A DNA stretch of 64,000 nt, from NCBI GenBank assembly GCA_965242865.1, contig CBDETK010000013.1, forward strand, positions 352,001 to 416,000, given 5' to 3'. A model generated the notes under the pieces. It saw only the letters and a list, made by a program, of their open reading frames with translations, was not told the DNA's origin and made no database searches. A program made the translations under genes and the position numbers. Source of the stretch: Candidatus Latescibacterota bacterium. GTDB taxonomy: Bacteria; Latescibacterota; UBA2968; UBA8231. Shown here in pieces: positions 20,001-30,122 of this stretch (position 1 is its first letter; each line of letters begins with the position of its first letter).

Positions 20001-22151
20001 TTACGGTAGTTTCGTCGTCTTTTTCGCTTCGACTCGCCCGTCCATCTCGACGCGATAGATATACACGCCCGCGGCTACCGCCTTACCTGCCTCGTCGCGG
20101 CCATCCCATACAAACCGATGGCTGCCCGCCCCCAGCGGCCCCTCCCACACCCGACGCACCCGACGACCCAGCACGTCATGCACCCGCAGCGACACTTCCG
20201 TCGCGTCTGTCGCCAAATCGAGGGGCAGCACCACCGCCGGATTGAACGGATTGGGATAGCTGTCGCCCAGCCGGTATTGCGCCGGGCGTGCTGCCGCCGA
20301 CGTCTGCACGGCTGTCGCGGTCGAAGCCAGCGAACTCTTGAGGACATGCACGCCGCCCAAGATCGGATCCAACACCACCAAATCCTCATCGCCGTCGCCA
20401 TCCATATCCCCGGACAGCACGTGAGTCCCACTGCCCGCCAGCCGGTGCCGCTCGCCGTTTTGGGTCGGATTGACGCTTCCACCCCACTCGACGAACACCC
20501 CAAACCCCGAAGCGCGATCTCCGCCGATAAACACCCAGTCGTCCACCCCATCGCCGTTGAGATCGCGGACCAGCACGGGCGAGCGACGAAACAGCCGATC
20601 ATCATACAGCACCTCGGCTTCGAGGCGGTCGCCGGCCCCCTTGCGCTGCAAGGCCAACCCCTTGCTCCCTTCAATTGTGTCCCGTATGAACTCGGTGAGG
20701 AAATCCACCTGCCCATCGCCATCAAAATCGCCCACCCCTAAGAGTTGCCTCTTCTCCTCGAATGCAAAGTACTCGCTTTGCTGCAACCCCTCGCCCAAAG
20801 CCTGCACAATCCACCTGTTTGACCGACCGGCGATCGGCAACCACACCACGTCTAAGGCCCCGTCGCCGGTAACATCGCCGACCCGAATGGGCGCATAGTT
20901 TGGGTCCGCCGCGACCTCCTCGGCGGTCCACCCGCCCTGTGCTGCATCCCAGACCTCTAACGTGCTTCCCTCAAACGTAACGTCCCGCACAAATAATTCG
21001 ACCCGGCCGTCGCCATCCCAATCTGCGGCATCCGCGAGCCACCGATCCACGATCGGCACGAGCACCTCCACTTGCAGTTCCGGCCCGATAGACCACACTT
21101 CTGTTACCTGCCCCCCGTTGCTGGTAGAGAGCACGATTTCGTCTTGCCCATCGCCGGTCAAATCCGCCCCCATCACCGCTAAGACCACCCCGGGGATGCT
21201 CGTCGCGTCCGTGTCCGCATCCGTACTCGTCTCCCCGGTGGCTGTTACTTCCTCTACGTGCCTCCGTTTCAAGGCTCCGTGCCCATCGTTGAGGGCCATC
21301 AGCCAGCCAACTTTAGCCGCAAACGTCCTCGTCAGACGATACCTCCAGAGGGCGAACAGGTCTAAGTCGCCATCGCCATCCAAGTCCGTTAAGACGCCGA
21401 CCTCCTCTGTATCAAGGTCTCCCCCGATGCCCGGGGCAATCGGATAGAACGCCGGCGAGGCAAACAGGCCGAGCCCGTCCAAGCGAAAGTACTCTACAGG
21501 GGGTGGAGGCAGTTCCCCCTGTAAGAGCTCTTCCACGCCAGTCAACTCGATCCAGTCAACCTCAAACCACTCAATCTCAACCACATCCGCCGCCGACCAA
21601 GGGTTTACCTCTGTATCGAGAAAAAAACGGAGCCTAATATCTTTTAATAGCCCCTCCCATATCGTCTCGTCTTGACCGGCCAACGGCAGCACCAATTCCT
21701 GCCACTCAGTGGTATAGACTAGGTCTTGGACGGGGGTGGCAAACCGGCTGCTCGACAGCAGCGGGTCTTCTGGATCCGAACCGGAAGCCAAGGCGTTGTG
21801 CTCGTTGGTCCAAGCGACCGAAAAATGACCGACCGTAGGGTGGTCATGGACGGTGCGGCAGCGGATGCGAACCCGGTCAAACAGGTCCGAATTGTACCCG
21901 ATCATTGGGGAAATCAATTTGAAATCCGCCCGAGAATCACTCCCTCTAGTGCTGGAGGAATCGACCGCGATCCGCCACACGCCATCTTCGACCACACTTG
22001 GAAACAGGTTCGTTTCACGCGGTCCTCCCCCTCCTATAAGTCCTTCTGTGGCAGACCACCCTTGCGTCGTCCCGTCGTCGAACTCCCACCGGACCGCCGT
22101 GGCGGGATCGTCCCACAGCACCACGGCAACAGCGGCGAATAGCAGCATCAT
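20001..22151 (-). CDS. Secreted FG-GAP/VCBS + FlgD-Ig protein (paralogue 3, clade B)
   Basis: Same architecture; EEVTATGETSTD marker; 3' half near-identical to 22196..24334. Confidence 0.88.
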   Translation of the reverse strand: MMLLFAAVAVVLWDDPATAVRWEFDDGTTQGWSATEGLIGGGGPRETNLFPSVVEDGVWRIAVDSSSTRGSDSRADFKLISPMIGYNSDLFDRVRIRCRTVHDHPTVGHFSVAWTNEHNALASGSDPEDPLLSSSRFATPVQDLVYTTEWQELVLPLAGQDETIWEGLLKDIRLRFFLDTEVNPWSAADVVEIEWFEVDWIELTGVEELLQGELPPPPVEYFRLDGLGLFASPAFYPIAPGIGGDLDTEEVGVLTDLDGDGDLDLFALWRYRLTRTFAAKVGWLMALNDGHGALKRRHVEEVTATGETSTDADTDATSIPGVVLAVMGADLTGDGQDEIVLSTSNGGQVTEVWSIGPELQVEVLVPIVDRWLADAADWDGDGRVELFVRDVTFEGSTLEVWDAAQGGWTAEEVAADPNYAPIRVGDVTGDGALDVVWLPIAGRSNRWIVQALGEGLQQSEYFAFEEKRQLLGVGDFDGDGQVDFLTEFIRDTIEGSKGLALQRKGAGDRLEAEVLYDDRLFRRSPVLVRDLNGDGVDDWVFIGGDRASGFGVFVEWGGSVNPTQNGERHRLAGSGTHVLSGDMDGDGDEDLVVLDPILGGVHVLKSSLASTATAVQTSAAARPAQYRLGDSYPNPFNPAVVLPLDLATDATEVSLRVHDVLGRRVRRVWEGPLGAGSHRFVWDGRDEAGKAVAAGVYIYRVEMDGRVEAKKTTKLP

Positions 22152-22195
22152 AGCCTATCTCCTTTGCAACAGGCAAAAAAGAATGTCCTCTTACG

Positions 22196-24334
22196 TTACG
22201 GCAGTTTCGTCGTCTTTTTCGCTTCTACCCGGCCGTCCATCTCGACGCGATAGATATACACGCCCGCGGCCACCGCCTTACCTGCCTCGTCGCGGCCATC
22301 CCATACAAACCGATGGCTGCCTGCCCGCAACGGCCCCTGCCACATCTGACGCACCCGACGACCCAACACGTCATGTACCCGCAGCGAGACCGCCGCGTCC
22401 TCGGCCAAATCGAGGGGCAGCACCACCGCCGGATTGAACGGATTGGGATAGCTGTCGCCCAGCCGGTACTGCGCCGGGCGTGCTGCCGCCGACATCTGCA
22501 CGGCTGTCGCGGTCGAAGTCAGCGAACTCTTGAGGACATGCACGCCGCCCAAGATCGGATCCAACACCACCAAATCCTCATCGCCGTCGCCATCCATATC
22601 CCCGGACAGCACGTGAGTCCCACTGCCCGCCAGCCGGTGCCGCTCGCCGTCTTGGGTCGGATTGACACTTCCACCCCACTCGACGAACACCCCAAACCCC
22701 GAAGCGCGATCTCCGCCGATAAACACCCAGTCGTCCACCCCATCGCCGTTGAGATCGCGGACCAGCACGGGCGAGCGACGAAACAGCCGATCATCATACA
22801 GCACCTCGGCTTCGAGGCGGGCGCCGGCCCCCTTGCGCTGCAAGGCCAACCCCTTGCTCCCTTCGATTGTGTCCCGTATGAACTCGGTGAGGAAATCCAC
22901 CTGCCCATCGCCATCAAAATCGCCCACCCCTAAGAGTTGCCTCTTCTCCTCGAATGCAAAGTACTCGCTTTGCTGCAACCCCTCGCCCAAAGCCTGCACA
23001 ATCCACCTGTTTGACCGACCGGCGATCGGCACCCACACCACGTCTAAGGCCCCATCGCCGGTAATATCGCCAACCCGATAGGGTCCATAGTCTGGGTCTG
23101 CCGCGACCTCCTCGACGGTCCATTTGCCCTGTTCGACGTCCCAGACCTCTAACGTGCCGCCAGCAAACTCAACATCCTCTACAAATAATTCGACCCGGCC
23201 GTCGCCGTCCCAATCCGCGGCATCCGTGATCCATCGATCCGCGATCGGCACGAGCACCTCCACTTGTAGTTCCGGCCCGATAGACCACACTTCTGTTACC
23301 TCTACCGCACTGGTACTTGTAGAGAGCACGATTTCGTCTTGCCCATCGCCGGTCAAGTCCGCACCCATCACCGCTAAGACCACCCCGGAGATGCTCGTCG
23401 CACCCGTGTCCTCATCCGTACTCGTCTCCCCGGTGGCTGTTACTTCCTCTACGCGCCTCAGTTTCAAGGCCCCGTGCCCGTCATTGAGGGCCATCACCCA
23501 GCCCACGTTAGCCCTTTCAACACCGATACGACTGTCGTCATAGAGAGCGAACAGGTCTAAGTCGCCATCGCCCTCCAAGTCCGTTAAAACGCCCGCTCCT
23601 CCAAGTGCCTTCCCGATGCCTGGGGCAATCGGATAGAACACCGGTGGGTCAAACAGACCAACCCCACCAAAGCGCAAGTACTCCACCGGCGGCGGCGACC
23701 GTTCCCCCTGTAAGAGCTCTTCCACGCCGGTCAACTCGATCCAGTCGATCTCAAACCACGCCACCACCTCAGCCGCCGATGGGTCTTGCAGATCAAACTC
23801 TATATCCAGCATAAAACTGAGCTGAATATCTTTTAACAGACCCTCCCATATCGTCTCGTCTTGCCCGGCCAACGACAGCACCAATTCCTGCCACTCGGTG
23901 GTATAGACGATTGGTTGTACGCGGCTTTGAAATCGGCTTCCAGAGGGCCGATCTTCTGGATCCCAACCGGACGACAGGGCGTTGTGCTCGTTGGTCCACT
24001 CCATTGAAACATTACCGACCGTCGGGCGGTGATGAACAGTGCGGAACCGGATGCGGACCCGGTCGAACAGACCTGAATCGTACCCGATGGTCGAGGAAAT
24101 CACTTCGACACTTGGCGTGAAGTAATTGCCTTTGACGATGGCGGGATCGACCTCGATCCGCCACACGCCGTCTTCGACTTCGCCCGGAAACTGGTGCAAT
24201 TCACGCACCCCACCCCATACAAGCGCTTCTTTGGCGGACCACCCTTGCGTCGTCCCATCGTCAAACTCCCACCGAATCGCCGAGGCGGGACCGCTCCACA
24301 GCACCACGGCGGCAACGACAGCTAGCTTCAACAT
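22196..24334 (-). CDS. Secreted FG-GAP/VCBS + FlgD-Ig protein (paralogue 4, clade B)
   Basis: Same architecture; KGNY and EEVTATGETSTD markers. Confidence 0.88.
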   Translation of the reverse strand: MLKLAVVAAVVLWSGPASAIRWEFDDGTTQGWSAKEALVWGGVRELHQFPGEVEDGVWRIEVDPAIVKGNYFTPSVEVISSTIGYDSGLFDRVRIRFRTVHHRPTVGNVSMEWTNEHNALSSGWDPEDRPSGSRFQSRVQPIVYTTEWQELVLSLAGQDETIWEGLLKDIQLSFMLDIEFDLQDPSAAEVVAWFEIDWIELTGVEELLQGERSPPPVEYLRFGGVGLFDPPVFYPIAPGIGKALGGAGVLTDLEGDGDLDLFALYDDSRIGVERANVGWVMALNDGHGALKLRRVEEVTATGETSTDEDTGATSISGVVLAVMGADLTGDGQDEIVLSTSTSAVEVTEVWSIGPELQVEVLVPIADRWITDAADWDGDGRVELFVEDVEFAGGTLEVWDVEQGKWTVEEVAADPDYGPYRVGDITGDGALDVVWVPIAGRSNRWIVQALGEGLQQSEYFAFEEKRQLLGVGDFDGDGQVDFLTEFIRDTIEGSKGLALQRKGAGARLEAEVLYDDRLFRRSPVLVRDLNGDGVDDWVFIGGDRASGFGVFVEWGGSVNPTQDGERHRLAGSGTHVLSGDMDGDGDEDLVVLDPILGGVHVLKSSLTSTATAVQMSAAARPAQYRLGDSYPNPFNPAVVLPLDLAEDAAVSLRVHDVLGRRVRQMWQGPLRAGSHRFVWDGRDEAGKAVAAGVYIYRVEMDGRVEAKKTTKLP

Positions 24335-24397
24335 GCTATCACCTCCATAGAGACATTTTCAGAAGACTGAGCACGGTCCGTAAGTGCGAAGGAAAAG

Positions 24398-24433
24398 AGG
24401 GCCGGCTCAAGAATAGCTCCTGAGCCGGACCCT
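24398..24433 (-). terminator. Stem-loop downstream of peptide gene
   Basis: CCGGCTCA...TGAGCCGG stem with a pyrimidine tail on the minus strand. Confidence 0.55.
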
Positions 24434-24493
24434 TCCCTTCAGCTTCTTGGACCGAGAAACAGCCCTACCAGCCAGCTAGCGGATGTCCTGATC

Positions 24494-24778
24494 TTAGGCG
24501 ACGCAGGAACAGCTTGTTACATTAATCACATTGCATTCGTCGTCCAGCCACTTGGTGCAGCACCGGAACGGCTTATCCGGATAAACTTCCGCGCACCCGG
24601 CATGCCAAGAACAATCTGTCCGTTGGCCCGGGCAGCTACCGTCACCGGCTTTCGCTTCCTTGGCCCCGAGCAGGACGGTGATCCCCGTGAGGACGCTGAT
24701 GACCCAGCCCAGTGCCAAACCCTGCCGAGCCGGTGCCAACCCGCTCGACGACGTGAAAAACTCCCGCAATTTCTGCAT
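24494..24778 (-). CDS. Cys-rich secreted peptide precursor (type II, 8 Cys)
   Basis: Conserved leader; core GDGSCPGQRTDC...KPFRCC...SCSCVA. Confidence 0.85.
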   Translation of the reverse strand: MQKLREFFTSSSGLAPARQGLALGWVISVLTGITVLLGAKEAKAGDGSCPGQRTDCSWHAGCAEVYPDKPFRCCTKWLDDECNVINVTSCSCVA

Positions 24779-24869
24779 GATTCTCGTCTCCTACGTTGCC
24801 CAGTACGCCAGCGGCCCGATACCGCGATGGCACTGGAAGTGAGGGTTGAAAAACAGCCGATACGAGTCC

Positions 24870-27059
24870 TTACGGCAGCTTCGTCGTCTTCTTCGCTTCC
24901 ACCTGTCCGTCCATCTCGACGCGATAGATATACACCCCAGCGGCCACCGCCTTGCCTGTCTCGTCGCGGCCATCCCATACAAACCGATGGCTGCCTGCCC
25001 CCAGCGGCCCCTGCCACACCTGCCGCACCCGACGACCCAACACATCATGCACTCGCAACGAGACCGCCGCGTCCTCGGCCAAATCAAGAGGAATCACCAC
25101 CGCCGGATTAAACGGATTGGGATAGCTGTCGCCGAGCCGGTATTGCGCCGGGCGCACATCCGCCGACGTCTGCACGGCTGTCGCTGTTGAGGCCAGCGAA
25201 TTCTTGAGGACATGCACGCCGCCCAAGATCGGATCCAACACCACCAAATCGAGGTCGCCATCGCCATCCATATCCCCGGACAGCACGGTTCTCCCATTGC
25301 CCGCCAGCCGATGCCGCTCGCCTTCTTGGGTCGGATTGACAAGCCCCCCCCACTCGACGAACACGCCAAACCCCGAAGCGCGGTCTCCGCCAATAAACAC
25401 CCAATCGTCCACCCTATCGGCGTTGAGATCGCGTATCAGCACCGGCGAGCGACGCAGCAGCCGATCATCATACAGCACTTCGGCTTCGAGGCGGTCTCCA
25501 GCGCCCTTGCGCTGCAAGACAAGCCCCTTGCTTCCTTCGAGTAGATCGGAGGTGAACTCAGTGAGTACATCCACCTGCCCATCGCCATCAAAATCGCCCA
25601 CCCCTAACGGCTTCAACGCTTCACCGCCCTCAAAGACCTCGCTCCGCTTCAACGCTTCAGGCTCGCTGCTCTGCAACGCCTTGTCCAAGGGAGACACAAT
25701 CCACCCTTGCGCCAAATTGCGAATCGGTCCCCAGAACACGTCAAGAATCCCATTGCCGGTAAAGTCGCCGATGTGAACGGGCGCGTATTTTTCGGAATAC
25801 GCCACCTCCGAGGACATCCACCCGCCCGGTTTGAACTCCCAGACCGCTAACGTGCTAAAAAACTTCGCTGTACCCGCACGTGCTTCCTTGAGAGTGCCAT
25901 TATGTGTAGCTCCCCCGACAAATAATTCGATCCGGTCATCGCCATCCCAATCGGCCACACTATGAACCCAGCTATCGATCTGTACGAGCACCTCCACTTG
26001 GAGGTCCGGGCCGATAGACCACACTTCAGTTGCAGGCTCCCGGTTGCTTCTCGATAGGACGATTTCGGCTTGACCATCGCCGGTCAAATCGGCCCCAAGG
26101 ACTTGCAAGGCCACCCCTCGGGCGACTATTGCCACCTCCCCTCCTATGGCGGCTCCTTCCTCCTCCCCTGTGGCGGCTCCTTCCTCTATAACAGGCCCCC
26201 GTTCCAAGGCTCCACGCCCATCATTGAAGGCCATCAGCCAGCCCGTTTTCTCCTTACGAGACCCATGATCATTAGGTATTTTCATTTCCCAGAGACCGAA
26301 CAGGTCTAAATCGCCATCGCCATCCAAGTCCGTCAACACATTGCCCGCTCCCCCCCCTAGATACCTGCTTCGACCCCCTCGTGCTTCCCCGATGCCTTTG
26401 GCAATCGGATAGAACACCGGCGGCGCAAAAAGCCCCGTCCCCGCAAAGCGAAAGTACTGCTCTACCGGCGGCGGGGGGAGTTCCCCTTGGAGCACCTCTT
26501 CCACGCCGGTCAACTCGATCCAGTCGATCTCAAACGCCTCCACCACCTCGGTCGTCGAATCTAAATCCAGCATAAAACTGAACCGAAGGTTTCTCAACAG
26601 GCCCTCCCATTCGGCTTGACCCTCCAACGAGACCTCCACTTCCTGCCACGCGGTGGTATAGACTACTTGTTGGACGGGGGTGTCGTCTTGCAAAAAAACA
26701 TGACCTGAAGCGTTGTCCCATTGCACGTAAAAAGTGCCCTCGGTCGGGCGATCATGGACGGTGCGGAAGCGGAGGCGAACCCGGTCGAACAGACCCGAAT
26801 CATACCCGATGGTTGAAGAAACCACTTCGACACTCAGCCGGGAGGGGTCGAAACTGTTGGCAACGGCGGGATCGACCCGGATCCGCCACACGCCCTCGTC
26901 AACTTCGCCGGGAAACTGGTGAAATTCACGCGTACCCCCCGATACATCAGCTTCTTTGGCGGTCCACCCTTGGGTCGTCCCGTCGTCGAACTCCCACCGA
27001 ATCGCCGCGGCGGGGATGCTCCACAGCACAAGCCCTACAACAGCAGCAAACTTCAGCAT
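24870..27059 (-). CDS. Secreted FG-GAP/VCBS + FlgD-Ig protein (paralogue 5, clade A)
   Basis: ATG at 27059 after AAAGGAG; clade A markers. Confidence 0.88.
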   Translation of the reverse strand: MLKFAAVVGLVLWSIPAAAIRWEFDDGTTQGWTAKEADVSGGTREFHQFPGEVDEGVWRIRVDPAVANSFDPSRLSVEVVSSTIGYDSGLFDRVRLRFRTVHDRPTEGTFYVQWDNASGHVFLQDDTPVQQVVYTTAWQEVEVSLEGQAEWEGLLRNLRFSFMLDLDSTTEVVEAFEIDWIELTGVEEVLQGELPPPPVEQYFRFAGTGLFAPPVFYPIAKGIGEARGGRSRYLGGGAGNVLTDLDGDGDLDLFGLWEMKIPNDHGSRKEKTGWLMAFNDGRGALERGPVIEEGAATGEEEGAAIGGEVAIVARGVALQVLGADLTGDGQAEIVLSRSNREPATEVWSIGPDLQVEVLVQIDSWVHSVADWDGDDRIELFVGGATHNGTLKEARAGTAKFFSTLAVWEFKPGGWMSSEVAYSEKYAPVHIGDFTGNGILDVFWGPIRNLAQGWIVSPLDKALQSSEPEALKRSEVFEGGEALKPLGVGDFDGDGQVDVLTEFTSDLLEGSKGLVLQRKGAGDRLEAEVLYDDRLLRRSPVLIRDLNADRVDDWVFIGGDRASGFGVFVEWGGLVNPTQEGERHRLAGNGRTVLSGDMDGDGDLDLVVLDPILGGVHVLKNSLASTATAVQTSADVRPAQYRLGDSYPNPFNPAVVIPLDLAEDAAVSLRVHDVLGRRVRQVWQGPLGAGSHRFVWDGRDETGKAVAAGVYIYRVEMDGQVEAKKTTKLP

Positions 27060-27132
27060 GATAGCACAACTCCTTTCCAACAGGTAACATTCCGACAGAC
27101 TGCACCCTATCCATGAGTACGAAAGGGAAGGG

Positions 27133-27165
27133 GGGCCGGCTGAATCGCTACGATTAAACCGGCCC
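27133..27165 (-). terminator. Stem-loop downstream of peptide gene
   Basis: GGGCCGG..AATCG-cta-CGATT..CCGGCCC. Confidence 0.55.
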
Positions 27166-27221
27166 TTACACCTTAACAGGAGAAACGGTCCTACAGCCGC
27201 TAAGGTGGTCCCAGATATACT

Positions 27222-27503
27222 TCAAGCGCAGCAATAGGAAGGCTCGCACGATTCAACGCAATGTATGTCTAGCTGACAGTCCCGACATTCCTGCGCCGCG
27301 TCCCCGTTCGTGGCCCTGTCGCAACCTGCGCTGTACCCAAGGTTATCTGTCCACTCTTCCTCAAAGCAATATGCTTCGCCTTCCTTGGCCCCGAGCAGGA
27401 CGGTGATCCCCGTCAGGACGCTGATGACCCAGCCCAGTGCCAAACCCTGCCGAGCCGGCGCCAACCCGCTCGACGACGCGAAAAACTCCCGCAATTTCTG
27501 CAT
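27222..27503 (-). CDS. Cys-rich secreted peptide precursor (type I, 8 Cys)
   Basis: Conserved leader ending AKEGEA; core YCFEEEW...SYCCA. Confidence 0.85.
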   Translation of the reverse strand: MQKLREFFASSSGLAPARQGLALGWVISVLTGITVLLGAKEGEAYCFEEEWTDNLGYSAGCDRATNGDAAQECRDCQLDIHCVESCEPSYCCA

Positions 27504-27642
27504 GATTCTCGTCTCCTAAGTTGCCCAGTACGCCGGCGGCCCGATACCGCTACGGCACTGGAAGTGAGGGTTGAAAAACAGCCGATACGAGTTCGCATCC
27601 CCTCCTTTCTTTTTCATCGGCCTTGCTTCTACGGATTATATA

Positions 27643-27658
27643 AGCAAATTGCGTGCCA
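27643..27658 (-). promoter_or_regulatory. Sigma-54 (-24/-12) promoter, copy A
   Basis: TGGCACGCAATTTGCT matches the TGGCACG-N4-TTGCW consensus. Confidence 0.88.
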
Positions 27659-27777
27659 AAAAGCAGGGCATGCACAAAAAAATCCTTTGAGTTTGCCCTA
27701 AAGGATTGAAAATATGAGACTTAAAATAATGGACGCGGCTTCTTACGAGCGGCGGCCTCAGCCCGTGGCGCACGGCT

Positions 27778-27855
27778 TTACACGATTTTCCGTGGGTTCT
27801 ACACGATTTTCCGTGGATTGTACACGATTTTCCGTGGATTACACGACTTTCCGGG
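27778..27855. promoter_or_regulatory. Four ~21-bp tandem palindromic repeats (CACG-ATTTTC-CGTG), putative activator UAS, copy A
   Basis: CACG cores at 27781, 27802, 27823 and 27842, 120-200 bp upstream of the sigma-54 box. Confidence 0.7.
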
Positions 27856-27870
27856 TTGCGCCGTCAAGGT

Positions 27871-27960
27871 AATCACCAGCAGATGCAAGGCCAGCGACAC
27901 CGCCAAGCAACTATGCAGGGTTCTATTTTTGCGGAGCGGAACTTTCCATGCCCGGCGCAC
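27871..27960 (-). pseudogene. 5' relic of the DUF4159 gene
   Basis: Translates VRRAWKVPLRKNRTLHSCLAVSLALHLLVI versus MRRPWKVPLCKNRTLQGCLAASLALHLLVI of 41593..42930; truncated by promoter cassette A. Confidence 0.75.
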
Positions 27961-27971
27961 CGGCTCACGTC

Positions 27972-29006
27972 TCAGCGCAAAGGATGAAGATTGAGCATTA
28001 ACGCACGCTCGGCCATTTCGTCGTCCGAGATGGTCTGATGCGTTTCGTGAAACGCCATCAGACTAGGGAGACGCAGCTCCTCTGGGATTAGGGAATCCGG
28101 CCATAGCGAGGCAAACCAAAATTCGATCAGGTATAGCTTGGGGTCGTTGTTCTTCTCCGCTATACGGACTATGGCCTTATGCCGTTTTTGCGATTCTGCA
28201 AACGCATTTTGCGGGCTGAAAAAGTCGTGGTGGTGATACAGGTGATAGCTCTGCGCCTTAGCTGCAAAGCACATTTTATGTCCATGCTGCATGAGGCGAT
28301 AGGCCAAATCCCACCCTTCAGAATGGGGCAGCTCTTCGTCAAACCCCCCGACCTCCTCAAGAGCGGTGCGCGAGGCCGCAGCATTATGTGGATAAAAACT
28401 GATCCAACCAATCGGCGAATCGGGCACTTGGTCAAAGAGCACTTGTACCTGGTCTTGCATTCGCTTTAATTCCGGGAAGGGATACCCACCCTCTTGGGCC
28501 AGTCGATCAATCGCGCCAAAATCCGACTGTATCGCAGCCTCGGTCACCCGAAATTCCTCCGGGTACGTCCGCACAACCTGAGCAACCGCTGCCGGAACGT
28601 CCTCCCAAGGAAGGCCGCCGTGCGGGTCTTGGACGTACTCCAAGCGGGGCAAGCAATACTGGAACCCGCTCGTTACGCCGTGGTAGCACTGAAATAGCTG
28701 CCAATGTTGAGCCAACCAATCGGGACCCGGTAGCGCGTCTCCGTCCAAGAAGGCGATCAAGTCGCCCCGCGCCTCCGCGATACCGATGTTCCGCGCCCGA
28801 CAGCGCCCGACATTGGCATGCAAGGGAATGACTTTTATGGGAATGGGCTCGTATTCACGCAGAAAATCCCCCGTCCCGTCCGTGCTGCCATCGTCCACTA
28901 CTACAACCTCAAATTGGCCGGAGAATGTTTGCACGGCCAAGCCGCTTAAAACAAGCCGCAAGCGATCGCGCTGATTGTGTGCGGCAATGACGACAGAAAC
29001 ATCCAT
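27972..29006 (-). CDS. Glycosyltransferase family 2
   Basis: VSVVIAAHN, VVDDGSTDGT, ARNIG, FLDGD and VGGFDE motifs; ATG at 29006 with AAGGAG RBS. Confidence 0.9.
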   Translation of the reverse strand: MDVSVVIAAHNQRDRLRLVLSGLAVQTFSGQFEVVVVDDGSTDGTGDFLREYEPIPIKVIPLHANVGRCRARNIGIAEARGDLIAFLDGDALPGPDWLAQHWQLFQCYHGVTSGFQYCLPRLEYVQDPHGGLPWEDVPAAVAQVVRTYPEEFRVTEAAIQSDFGAIDRLAQEGGYPFPELKRMQDQVQVLFDQVPDSPIGWISFYPHNAAASRTALEEVGGFDEELPHSEGWDLAYRLMQHGHKMCFAAKAQSYHLYHHHDFFSPQNAFAESQKRHKAIVRIAEKNNDPKLYLIEFWFASLWPDSLIPEELRLPSLMAFHETHQTISDDEMAERALMLNLHPLR

Positions 29007-29048
29007 TGCGCTCGCTCCTTTATATAACAATCCTACATCATTCAAGAC

Positions 29049-29074
29049 TGGATTCCCGCATTCGCGGGAATGAC
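29049..29074. repeat. REP-like palindrome (reverse orientation)
   Basis: TGGATTCCCGCATTCGCGGGAATGAC. Confidence 0.7.
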
Positions 29075-29135
29075 TCCTCATAGGCAAAAAGACGGCGTCG
29101 ATGAACATTTCATACTTTCAAGTCATTTATAATTG

Positions 29136-30122
29136 CTATATACACTCAAGGACCAAGCGGCACTCCTCCTTCAGAGTGTCCGGTCGGTGTATATGAGGCA
29201 AGCCGTTATCCGTCTCTTCATACACCACGGCTTGGGGCACTTCCTTGACAGAGTTGGAGCACACGACGTGGAAGCAATCCAAATGGCCGAAGAAAAAGTC
29301 AAAATACGGCTCGCTATTCTCCAAGACCTTGGGGCGCAATACCTCACTTTGCACATTGGCCTCCGTCAGTGCTGGCGTACCGATACTGATACCGTGAAAC
29401 TCCACGGGAAGCCATCCCAAACCTGCGATAAAAAGCTCAGCCCACGTGTGCCCAAACACCACTTCGTTGTACGTGCGGTTCTCGTAGCGGTTCGGCCCCA
29501 GCGGGTTGACGGCGATGGCTCCGGTTTGCTCGCGGGCGGGTATCTTTAGCTGGCGACAAAGGGCAATAAATGCACGCGCCAACGTAATACAATGTCCGCC
29601 GTCGTCTGTCAGTGCTTTTAGGGTGCTGCATTGATAGCACTGGCAGCTATCTTTGGTTTTCTTGAAATGCTTGTTCTTGGCCAAATAGCAGTACAACAAA
29701 CGAGCTTTTTCTACATCGCTCAATGCTTCGTCTATGCCCACATCCTCCCAACAACGGCGGACGAGCGGATGATCGACCAAGGATTCGTCAACGGCTGTAT
29801 AGAACCTGAACTGTTCGGGCGCGAGCACTTCTGTTGTCCGTGTAGTGCCCATCCCTCTCGCACAAACCGTCAACTCGCAGACGTAAGAAAACGCATAGGC
29901 CCCATCGGAGCTAAAATCACAAACCGCAGGATAGTTGTAGAAAAAACCCGCGTGTGGCAAAAAGTGTTCTTGCATCCCTGCCGGATGGCAAGATAGCAGC
30001 TTTATATCCGTCTGAAAGTCCGTGGATATTGGGTAGGGCAGAAATATCCGCGTATTGTGGGTTGTATCCTCGGCCGCAGACAGGGTGAAGGTATAAGTTA
30101 GCTGCAAGTGCTGGCTCTCCAC
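29136..30122 (-). CDS. Transglutaminase-like domain protein (probably the C-terminal part of a frameshifted glycosyltransferase-transglutaminase fusion)
   Basis: GGHCITLARAFIALCRQLKIPAR...HTWAELFIAGLGWLPVE Cys-His-acid triad pattern; overlaps the upstream ORF and has no clear RBS. Confidence 0.75.
   Translation of the reverse strand: MESQHLQLTYTFTLSAAEDTTHNTRIFLPYPISTDFQTDIKLLSCHPAGMQEHFLPHAGFFYNYPAVCDFSSDGAYAFSYVCELTVCARGMGTTRTTEVLAPEQFRFYTAVDESLVDHPLVRRCWEDVGIDEALSDVEKARLLYCYLAKNKHFKKTKDSCQCYQCSTLKALTDDGGHCITLARAFIALCRQLKIPAREQTGAIAVNPLGPNRYENRTYNEVVFGHTWAELFIAGLGWLPVEFHGISIGTPALTEANVQSEVLRPKVLENSEPYFDFFFGHLDCFHVVCSNSVKEVPQAVVYEETDNGLPHIHRPDTLKEECRLVLECI

Noticed and set aside
27413-27598. 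Upstream overlapping ORF MRTRIGCFSTLT... before the peptide genes
   Set aside because: The ATG is ACG in copies C and D and absent in the promoter-less copies; the AGGAGG-ATG spacing is too short; the ORF length is not conserved.
27778-27855. 21-bp repeats as a CRISPR array
   Set aside because: The repeats are directly adjacent with no unique spacers, there are no cas genes, and they always sit at a fixed distance from a sigma-54 box.
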